A DNA stretch of 56,603 nt from a virus. Its lineage: Duplodnaviria; Caudoviricetes. Of this stretch, positions 1-7,526 are shown piece after piece (the first letter of the stretch is position 1; every line of letters starts with the position of its first letter). Location: the IMG/VR virus record IMGVR_UViG_3300013137_000024, positions 1-56,603 of that record; one strand, given 5' to 3'. The notes below the pieces were generated by a model that was given only the letters and a program-made list of their open reading frames with translations, was not told the origin of the DNA and did not search any database. Both the position numbers and the translations under genes were made by a program.

Positions 1-4
1 CGTT

Positions 5-3000
5 TTGGGCTTGGTCAAGGGCCAACAAGCACCCCGTAAGGCCACGTTCTATACGTTCCAAGGGCCTATCGTCACGGGCGATGGTGGTGGTGTTACTGCT
101 ACCGATCCGTCTCAGGTGACTGTTCGGGTGAATGGAACCCAGGTGATTCCAACGGCTGTAGATGGTGCCAATCGGGCAGTAACCCTCTCAGTGGCTCCGG
201 CCCCGGGATCGGTTGTGTCCATCACCTACTACTTCAACACCTGGCAGGATACGTTTGATTACTTGCCCAACGTTGGAGTTTCTCAGGTGACCTCCTGCGG
301 GGATAGCCCCGGGTCTTCATCTTACATTCAAGGGGCTGATTTCGTTCTCCAGAATGACACCATTGTCTGGGGTACCGCAGTCACAACCGAAAGTGGGGTT
401 CATACCAGCGGGTCTACCTATTTCGGGACCGAGCAGATTTCCACCCTCCTGGTAGACAACCGGACTTTCATGTCTGAATGCTCTGCTGTAGTGGTGACGG
501 GGGCAGCGAGTCTGACCACATTCCAGCTGCCGTTCGATCCGACTCTTGGGAATGGCCGTGATACTCCGTTGGGGCAGTCTTTGTTCCAGACGGTGTCCAA
601 CTCCCGTATTGACCTCCCTGTCAACCGGCCGGACGTGGTGTGGGCATACTGGGGATGGGATGCTCAGGATGCTCTCGAACGTGGTCGGGTGGGGGTGCTC
701 AAAGTCGAAGGCAATGTCGTCACCTTGGCAGAAGCCATCCCAGTGGGTGCTCGGGTTTTCGCGACCTTCTACTACAGCACCCTGACCGATGAAGATTTCT
801 CCCTGACCTGTGTGGTTCCGGGGGCCTCGGGTGTTGGGACCTACACGGTCACGAAGTCTGATGGTTCCGCCGTGTTTGGTCCGACTTTCTCTACAACGTC
901 CAAGGGTCCATCCCTCAATGGAGTCACCATCGAGTTCCCTTCGGGATCCGAATTGACTCCGGATGTACATTTCGAGGGTCTTAGCGGGGCCTATTTCACC
1001 GGTCCTGTTCAGGAAGTGGCGTCCGTGGAATTCGCCACTCGTCAAGCCACTCCCGCTCGGTTCACCTCACCTGGAGCTGGCCCTTACGAGTTCATCAATG
1101 GGAGTTCGGATCATCTCAGAACGGTTGTCCACACGCAGGATATCGGGGCCGGAGGTTTGGACCTTGACAATCCCTCCGATTTCAACGGTGGGTTCTTTGC
1201 ATCCGTTGTGGGAAACGAGGTTGAGTATCCCAATGGTCAGGATTTTGATGTTCCGTTGGGATCGCATGAAGAGATCCTGTTGACCGTCGACAACGTAGAC
1301 ATCCTGGCCAAGACCGATGAAAATCTGACGGATGCCGATATCGGTGTATTTGCCACGGCAATCAATGCGGCTGCTTCTGGCCAGCAAGGCGTAGCAGTTG
1401 CCGGTGGCGCCGCGACAATTACCCTCGCAGCTGCGTCTCGTTCCAACCTCGATGATCGATACATCGGGTGGAGGGTGGTTGTAGGGAACGGGGCTGCCGT
1501 GGCCACGGCGGGGCAGATGCGGACGGTAACGGATTATGTCGGGGGCGCCGGAATTGCCACTGTGGATTCCGACTGGGATGTGGGTCCTATTCAGGCGCCA
1601 GATCCATATTACATTTACGATCCGAATGCTCGGGCAGCCATTGCTGGTACAACCGTATTCTCGGGTCCTGTGACGTTGGCCGCAGGCAAACATGAACATC
1701 TTCAACTCATCTATCACGGGGACAATTCCGGACTCGCGACTTTGGAATTCGTGGTATCCGATCCCGCCGCGGTTGCAACGGCAACAATCACGGTGGATCC
1801 TGCTGTAACTGGTGGTGATAGTGTCACCATTGGCGGATCGGGACCGGGTGCTGGTCCAGCTGTTGTGTTCGATTATGCTGCTGTACCCGACCCGGCGAAC
1901 CGGAAATTCAGCGATGCAGCAACGTTGGCTGCATCCATTACTGATCCGGCGGTGCAACCTTTGCTGGTGGCAGCCTTTGGATACCCGAAATCTCTTCCGG
2001 CAGAAACCATCTCTGCGGTTGCGGTCGGAACCGTTGTGACCATCACGTACAGCGTGGTGGGTTGGCACGGGGTTCAGACGACTTTGGCCAAGGGTGGCGA
2101 TCCCGCGCACATCACTCTGTCGGGGGCGTCTCTTGGGTTCACGGCAGCCGAGTACCAATTCGCGTCTGTAACCACTTTGGCGACGGCTGTTCAGGCCGCG
2201 GTGGACATTGCTGTGGTGGACGCCTGCGATACGGCTGGTGGCAATCCCGATTTCCTTGGTTTGGCCATCGAATGCGATGCCAATGCCAACAACCAACTCG
2301 AATTCCGGATCCAGCTGCCGGGGGTGGACTCCGCCGGATACATCCAGTTTCTGGATTCGACGGGCACTCCGGATGACGATTTCGCCATCCTCGCCGGGTT
2401 GGACACCGCTGCATCTGAAGCTCTCGGTCAGGCGGCCTTGCTTCAAGGGCCGATCGCCAAGACTTACGAATGCCCGGCTAGTGGATCGGCCAAGCCCTAT
2501 GACCGGTTGATTCTCCGCAACCGAATTCTGCCCGGTGGTGGCCCGAATAGCAGCATGAATGCTGCCGCGGTCGTAGCCCAGACGGGTTTGGCGGTTCAGG
2601 CCGCATCCTCTCTGTCTGGACTCGATATCGGGATGTTCGGTTTGGCAGAACGTACTGCCACGGTAAAAGCAGCGACCCTGACAAGTCGGGTGTCCTTGGC
2701 CGGCGGATTTGATGCCAATGCCGAAGTGCAACTCACGTTCTATGATGGTACGGGAACCAAGGCAGCCAACAACACCTTCTCGTTTGTGTTGGATGGCTAC
2801 GCTGTCACGGTTACTTTCGATTCGATCAGCACGGGAACGACTCGGGCGTTGGGTCCGACCTCGGTGGGTGGCCACACCACAGTTCTCGATCAGATCCAGG
2901 ATGCCCTGGCCGCTGTTCCCGGGACTCCTTTTGGGGACCGTGCCACTGTGTATGCGGCAGAATTGATCCGGCAAGAAGGCTGCGGGATCCGCATTATCGG

Positions 3001-4834
3001 AGCAGCCTATGACACGACGGCTGAAGTGACCATCGGTTCGGGCAATGCCAACGCCACATTGGGATTCTCGGCCGGACAGACTTCAGGCCGTTCCCCGGTT
3101 GAAGCCAAGGTTTTGGCCTCGGCCCTCAATGCCAACCGGGATTCCACGAGTTTGCTTTTTTACATGACCGATTTCACCTCGGAGGATCCCGGGGTCAAGT
3201 TTGCCAAGTATGGATTCGCGACGACTGAACTCGATGCCACCGGACTGGAATACCTGTACATCCAGGACGCTCCGACCCTGACCACGGGATTGGGCGCGGC
3301 CTCGACGTTGGAATTCCTGGATGCTTCGGCGGCCAATGCCCTCAATTACGGGACTCAATTGGGCATTCTCGATGGGGATGGGGCTACGGGCGAACCTGCT
3401 CTCAACGGATTTTTCGTCACGTCGAACAATCCGGCGGGATCCGGTTCTGTCAACACCTCCGTTCTCAATGATGGATTGGGCCAGGACGGCATCGTGGGAC
3501 AGACCTATCGGGATGATGTCACCGGATTGACTTTTACTGTCCTTCCCCGTGGATTCCATGACAACCCCACGGGTCCCTGGATCGCGTACCCGACAGGGGG
3601 TAATGCGACGTTCCGGTTTGACGTGAACAGCACGCTCAGGACCAATGTCAACATCCCGGTCAATGTCATCAATGGTGTCGAACTGAAGGTTTCGAACACC
3701 GTTGGGGTCACTGTCGGGGATACCGCAGTGGTTTCAACTCATGAGCGTGGTGGAAACGAACCGGGTATCGGGGATCTGTATTATGTCACCTACTACTACG
3801 TGAAAGAGGATTTCACCACTGCTTTCTACCGGAATTTCAATGTCATCGAGCAGAACTTTGGGCCGATCAACCCGGACAATCCTTTGTCGTTGGCTGCCTA
3901 TCTGGCTATCACCAACGGAGCAGTGGTGGTCGGATTGAAACAGGTTCCTCGGGAGGCAGATTCCATCTATGGGTCCCTGACGAGTTACCGGGATGCCATC
4001 ACTGAGTTGGAAGGGGTTCTTCCCGGTCAGGTGCAGCCGGACATGATCACCCCTCTTCGTGGGGACTCGACGCAATTGTTCCAGGTTCTCAAGAAGTCCA
4101 ATGATATCCAATCGAGTCCTCGGTATCGGGCGGAACGGACCTCGATCATCGGTCTCGCGGCCGGAACTCTTCCGGTAGCCGCTGGGAATCTGGCCCAGAC
4201 TTTGATGCACAACCGTATGCGGTTGGTCTATCCGGATCAGGCGGTGGTGTCACTCCAGGACAACGCGGGGAATACGTCAGATTACTTGATTGATGGCCCT
4301 TACATCGCGGCGGCCCTCACCGGCTCCGTGTGTTCCCCGAACGTCGATGTTGCAACTCCGTGGACTGGCCGGCGTCTTGTTGGATTCACTCAACTGGGTC
4401 GTAGACTCGATGCGGTTGAACAGAACCAACTGGCAATCAAAGGTGTCACCATCCTCGAAGACCAACCCCCCTTCCTGCGAGTTCGTCACGGTTTGACCAC
4501 GGATATCACCGGGGCAACCACAGATGGCAACATTTTGTTGGGTAAACTGCCGACCATCCGTCTGATTGCAGACGAGGTGCAACGCCAGACTCGAAACGTT
4601 CTTGAGAAGTTCATTGGGGTCAAGTTCATCCCCAGTATCCTTTCCCAGATCGAAGGACAACTGGCGGCTCTGCTGCGGTCTCTCGTGGCGGCGCAGATCA
4701 TCACAGCGTACACGGGCGTCAAAGCCGCTATGTCTGCCACAGATCCCACAACTGCGGAGATCTCGGCCTGGTATTCTCCGGTTTTCCCTCTTGATTACAT
4801 CGAGGTCAAGTTCAGGGTCCGTAGCAGCCTTTAG
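5..4834 (+). CDS. Contractile tail sheath protein, very large, 5'-truncated (frame open to the window edge)
   Basis: The C-terminal ~350 aa reads like a sheath C-terminal domain (LSLAAYLAITNGA, R.R.VYPD, YIAAALTG, GVTILED..LRVRHGLTTD, TIRLIADEV, FIGVKF, WYSPVFPLDYIEVKFRV). The rest is Gly/Thr/Ala-rich beta-type insertions. There is no in-frame stop before position 5. Confidence 0.85.
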   Translation: MGLVKGQQAPRKATFYTFQGPIVTGDGGGVTATDPSQVTVRVNGTQVIPTAVDGANRAVTLSVAPAPGSVVSITYYFNTWQDTFDYLPNVGVSQVTSCGDSPGSSSYIQGADFVLQNDTIVWGTAVTTESGVHTSGSTYFGTEQISTLLVDNRTFMSECSAVVVTGAASLTTFQLPFDPTLGNGRDTPLGQSLFQTVSNSRIDLPVNRPDVVWAYWGWDAQDALERGRVGVLKVEGNVVTLAEAIPVGARVFATFYYSTLTDEDFSLTCVVPGASGVGTYTVTKSDGSAVFGPTFSTTSKGPSLNGVTIEFPSGSELTPDVHFEGLSGAYFTGPVQEVASVEFATRQATPARFTSPGAGPYEFINGSSDHLRTVVHTQDIGAGGLDLDNPSDFNGGFFASVVGNEVEYPNGQDFDVPLGSHEEILLTVDNVDILAKTDENLTDADIGVFATAINAAASGQQGVAVAGGAATITLAAASRSNLDDRYIGWRVVVGNGAAVATAGQMRTVTDYVGGAGIATVDSDWDVGPIQAPDPYYIYDPNARAAIAGTTVFSGPVTLAAGKHEHLQLIYHGDNSGLATLEFVVSDPAAVATATITVDPAVTGGDSVTIGGSGPGAGPAVVFDYAAVPDPANRKFSDAATLAASITDPAVQPLLVAAFGYPKSLPAETISAVAVGTVVTITYSVVGWHGVQTTLAKGGDPAHITLSGASLGFTAAEYQFASVTTLATAVQAAVDIAVVDACDTAGGNPDFLGLAIECDANANNQLEFRIQLPGVDSAGYIQFLDSTGTPDDDFAILAGLDTAASEALGQAALLQGPIAKTYECPASGSAKPYDRLILRNRILPGGGPNSSMNAAAVVAQTGLAVQAASSLSGLDIGMFGLAERTATVKAATLTSRVSLAGGFDANAEVQLTFYDGTGTKAANNTFSFVLDGYAVTVTFDSISTGTTRALGPTSVGGHTTVLDQIQDALAAVPGTPFGDRATVYAAELIRQEGCGIRIIGAAYDTTAEVTIGSGNANATLGFSAGQTSGRSPVEAKVLASALNANRDSTSLLFYMTDFTSEDPGVKFAKYGFATTELDATGLEYLYIQDAPTLTTGLGAASTLEFLDASAANALNYGTQLGILDGDGATGEPALNGFFVTSNNPAGSGSVNTSVLNDGLGQDGIVGQTYRDDVTGLTFTVLPRGFHDNPTGPWIAYPTGGNATFRFDVNSTLRTNVNIPVNVINGVELKVSNTVGVTVGDTAVVSTHERGGNEPGIGDLYYVTYYYVKEDFTTAFYRNFNVIEQNFGPINPDNPLSLAAYLAITNGAVVVGLKQVPREADSIYGSLTSYRDAITELEGVLPGQVQPDMITPLRGDSTQLFQVLKKSNDIQSSPRYRAERTSIIGLAAGTLPVAAGNLAQTLMHNRMRLVYPDQAVVSLQDNAGNTSDYLIDGPYIAAALTGSVCSPNVDVATPWTGRRLVGFTQLGRRLDAVEQNQLAIKGVTILEDQPPFLRVRHGLTTDITGATTDGNILLGKLPTIRLIADEVQRQTRNVLEKFIGVKFIPSILSQIEGQLAALLRSLVAAQIITAYTGVKAAMSATDPTTAEISAWYSPVFPLDYIEVKFRVRSSL

Positions 4835-4947
4835 CCAATAGATCCTGGTACTTACGCATCACCAAGAAATCCCAGACATTTTGAGATTGGGGTTCGGTAT
4901 TTCCATTATACACTTTTCCTTTGTAGGACCTGCCTGTGGAGGCACAA

Positions 4948-5427
4948 ATGTCTTTTGATTTGAAGAACGCCATGTTTGCATCAGTCGGCAAGTACAATCG
5001 GGATCAAGGAAAGCACGCCCACATGGTGTCACACCTAGAAAAACTTTGGGGTCCGACGATTCGTACTGCGACAACTATTACGGTGGGACCTCAGACGAAT
5101 TTCAAGAATCTTCTGGAACAGGGATTCGTAATTCCCCTGCAGGAATTCCTCACAGATCAGTTGGGACCTTTGGTATGGCAAATTCGGCCGTTGGAAGATT
5201 ATTTTGGGGTGAGTGGCGAAGCCCTTTCTGGCTCGGGTCTTTACTTTGAAGTTTATATCACAGGCAAAGAGTTCAGAACCATTACCCTACGTTTTCTGGG
5301 TGAAAACCAATCACGTAAGGAAATCCGGATGCCTTTTCGTTGGGAACAACCTTTGTCCAGGATTTTTCTCCTGATTGGAGACAAGCTGAAAATCTTATGG
5401 TTTGAGGAGGATACCACTTCTGGGTGA
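4948..5427 (+). CDS. Hypothetical protein (paralog of 5543..5998)
   Basis: GGAGG at 4938-4942 precedes ATG 4948. Shares EKLWGP.I..A, (Y/L)EV...K.F..I and QPL.R.F.LI..K with the next gene. Confidence 0.7.
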   Translation: MSFDLKNAMFASVGKYNRDQGKHAHMVSHLEKLWGPTIRTATTITVGPQTNFKNLLEQGFVIPLQEFLTDQLGPLVWQIRPLEDYFGVSGEALSGSGLYFEVYITGKEFRTITLRFLGENQSRKEIRMPFRWEQPLSRIFLLIGDKLKILWFEEDTTSG

Positions 5428-5542
5428 AAACCAATCACGTAAGGAAATCCGGATGCCTTTTCGTTGGGAACAACCTTTGTCCAGGATTTGTCTCCTGATT
5501 GGAGACAAGCTAAAATATCTTATGGTTTGAGAAGGATACCAC
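5294..5542. repeat. Near-perfect tandem duplication (124 bp at 5294-5417, 125 bp at 5418-5542)
   Basis: Both copies read ttctgggtgaaaaccaatcacgtaagg...ggataccac and differ by about three substitutions and one 1-bp indel. Confidence 0.95.
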
Positions 5543-5998
5543 ATGGCACAGCAGATCGAAAAACTTTGGGGTCCAGTGATCAAGGTGGCGAACAACGTAA
5601 TGATCCCGATGACGAGTTCGACCACGTTTGGGGACATCTTGGAAACGACGTTTTCTACGCCACTCCGGGATGCTTTGACGAAAGCTTTGGCAAATTTCGG
5701 ATGGGTGTTCGAAGAGGAACTGGCCAATGATAATCACGGGGTGTACGGGTGGCGGGACTCCGCGGAGGGTGAAGAACGGTATGAACTTGAGGTCCTTCTC
5801 TCCAAGGACTTCAAGGTCATCAATATCAAGTACACTGAACCCACCAAGTCTCCCGTATCCAGCTCCATTCCATTCCTTGCCACTATTCGTCAGCCCCTGC
5901 TCCGTCTATTCTCTTTGATCGTGGGCAAGATTCCGAGGGGTGCTTTCGAGCCTGTTCCTATACCTGAAGAAGATGATGAGGAAATTCTCGATGTCTGA
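5543..5998 (+). CDS. Hypothetical protein (paralog of 4948..5427) with acidic C-terminus
   Basis: GAAGGA precedes ATG 5543. Full-length similarity to the upstream ORF; ends EEDDEEILDV. Confidence 0.7.
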   Translation: MAQQIEKLWGPVIKVANNVMIPMTSSTTFGDILETTFSTPLRDALTKALANFGWVFEEELANDNHGVYGWRDSAEGEERYELEVLLSKDFKVINIKYTEPTKSPVSSSIPFLATIRQPLLRLFSLIVGKIPRGAFEPVPIPEEDDEEILDV

Positions 5999-6374
5999 TG
6001 CTGCACACCGGGTTGCGAACCATTGGGTAAAATGTGCGGGAAGAAACCTTCGGGAACAACTCAAAAGTATTTCAGATCGGGCGGCCCAAGCGGCGTTACA
6101 GACTCAACGTGTTGGCACGATGGCTCTTGAGGAACGTCTGAAACGAGCCCTGGAAAATCGTGGTGGATTCATTGTCCGAAAATTGGAATTCAGGTGGATC
6201 AGGGGGATCGTGTACATCGATATTATGATTGTGGTTCCCGATGCGTTAGGGAAATCGGGGGCCGAGGATTTGCTGACGGAGATTTTAGGGGGGACTTACC
6301 CCTACCGGGTCATTGGACGATTGGATTCTGCTCATTCTGAGCTTTGGGGATATGCGGGCAAGGCAGTAGAATAA
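5991..6374 (+). CDS. Hypothetical protein
   Basis: ATG 5991 overlaps the upstream stop (ATGTCTGA) and has GAGG upstream. The ORF ends just before a strong hairpin. Confidence 0.6.
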   Translation: MSDAAHRVANHWVKCAGRNLREQLKSISDRAAQAALQTQRVGTMALEERLKRALENRGGFIVRKLEFRWIRGIVYIDIMIVVPDALGKSGAEDLLTEILGGTYPYRVIGRLDSAHSELWGYAGKAVE

Positions 6375-6384
6375 CAGCGGGTGA

Positions 6385-6421
6385 CCGGTTCCGGAGGGAT
6401 GGGGGATCCCTCCGGAACCGG
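6385..6421. terminator. Perfect 16-bp hairpin between convergent genes, probable bidirectional terminator
   Basis: ccggttccggagggat (6385-6400), loop ggggg, atccctccggaaccgg (6406-6421). Lies between the + stop at 6374 and the - stop at 6434. No clear U-tract. Confidence 0.75.
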
Positions 6422-6433
6422 CCCGTTCTTGCA

Positions 6434-6916
6434 TCAGTGCGCCGCGGCGGTCGGCTCGGCCTTCCGCTTCGTGACCTTGCCGGTCTTCTTCGCGGCCTCG
6501 AGGCGCTCCACGGCGGCCTTCTTCGCGGCGTTGGACGGCTTCTTGCCCTTCGGGATCAGGTCCGAGATGTCCACGCCGGCTCCCTGCGCATCCGCCCACA
6601 GCAGGCTGGCGGACGGCAGATCCGACTTGCGGCGCGGCACCCGCCCCTCCTTGCCGTTCCGCGGCTGGGTGAGGACCTCCACCGCCACCTCGCCATCTTC
6701 CGACACGATCAGCCGGGCCACGCCCGTCATCCCCTTCTGCCGGGCGAGACCATCCGCGATGGTCTGGTACACCGGCCCCTTCAGGCTGTCGTCCACCGCC
6801 TTCTGAGCGGCAGCGTGCGCTGCCGCCGTCTCCTGGAGACGCTTGATCATCGCGTCATCGATCTCGGGCAGCACGTTCTGAGGCACTGCGAATGCGAACA
6901 CCTTGCGATCCATCAT
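6434..6916 (-). CDS. Small basic Ala/Lys-rich protein, possibly DNA-binding or nucleoid-associated
   Basis: Minus strand reads GGAGGttcagaaATGATG. Strong GC3 bias. C-terminus KGKKPSNAAKKAAVERLEAAKKTGKVTKRK. It has its own promoter and terminator. Confidence 0.75.
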   Translation of the reverse strand: MMDRKVFAFAVPQNVLPEIDDAMIKRLQETAAAHAAAQKAVDDSLKGPVYQTIADGLARQKGMTGVARLIVSEDGEVAVEVLTQPRNGKEGRVPRRKSDLPSASLLWADAQGAGVDISDLIPKGKKPSNAAKKAAVERLEAAKKTGKVTKRKAEPTAAAH

Positions 6917-6980
6917 TTCTGAACCTCCGTTTTTTGGCCTTTTTTCACCCGGGAATCCATATTCCCGGAAACCAGGGACA

Positions 6981-7008
6981 ATGATAGTGTCATTTTTCTG
7001 AATTGCAA
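6981..7008 (-). promoter_or_regulatory. Sigma70-like promoter for the minus-strand gene
   Basis: Minus strand reads TTGCAA (7008-7003), 16 nt, TATCAT (6986-6981). Confidence 0.5.
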
Positions 7009-7077
7009 CTGTTTCTCACGAACTTTTTGCAATCTTGGGAGAAAAGTTTGCGAGTTGACCCATTTGACACTGACCTC

Positions 7078-7106
7078 TTGACAGTGGATGACAGCATGGG
7101 TATAGT
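7078..7106 (+). promoter_or_regulatory. Near-consensus sigma70 promoter for the MerR/VIT-vWA operon
   Basis: TTGACA (7078-7083), 17 nt, TATAGT (7101-7106), followed by GGGAGG and ATG 7129. Confidence 0.8.
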
Positions 7107-7128
7107 TGGAAGGTTGGGAGGTATCCCG

Positions 7129-7503
7129 ATGACGATGAACCAGTTGAGTGAAGCGAGTGGGTTGACACCCCGAACTATCCGATACTACGTGGCCAACGGG
7201 TTGTTACCCACCCCGAAACGAGGGACAAAATCCCCGTATTCTAAAGAACATCTCGATGTCATTCGGAAGATCAAGGAGTGGCAGTTTGGGGGGAAATCGT
7301 TGGACGAGATCCGATTTCTGTTGTGTCAACCCCCGGCAGCAGAACCCCCCAAAGAGATTCCCATGCCCGAGTCGGAGACATGGGAGCAGCACCGGTTGGC
7401 AGACGATGTGGTCGTACAGGTGAAAGCAGGGCTCCCCATGGAGCGGTCATTGCGGGTAGCTCAGGCCATGAAAGGGTTTTTCATGGCCCTGAGGGACGAA
7501 TAG
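7129..7503 (+). CDS. MerR-family helix-turn-helix regulator
   Basis: MTMNQLSEASGLTPRTIRYYVANGLLPTP...YSKEHL..IRKIKEWQ..GKSLDEIR is a typical MerR winged HTH. The RBS precedes 7129, so the ORF-track start at 7003 is too far upstream. Confidence 0.88.
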   Translation: MTMNQLSEASGLTPRTIRYYVANGLLPTPKRGTKSPYSKEHLDVIRKIKEWQFGGKSLDEIRFLLCQPPAAEPPKEIPMPESETWEQHRLADDVVVQVKAGLPMERSLRVAQAMKGFFMALRDE

Positions 7504-7526
7504 AGAACAACCCATCGGAGGTCGTC

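Noticed and set aside
1067-2974. Long antisense ORFs (also 17845..18996, 36220..37644 and 39005..39988)
   Set aside because: They lie opposite well-supported genes, have implausible composition and are expected shadows of biased codon usage.
5294-5542. Diversity-generating retroelement TR/VR pair
   Set aside because: The copies are directly tandem, the differences include a non-adenine change and an indel, and no reverse transcriptase is present in the window.
6344-6922. + strand ORFs 6344..6922 and 6381..6806
   Set aside because: The minus-strand ORF has the RBS, promoter, terminator and codon bias, so these are shadows.
7278-7526. N-terminal extension of the VIT-vWA ORF
   Set aside because: It overlaps the MerR gene, and the RBS supports ATG 7527.
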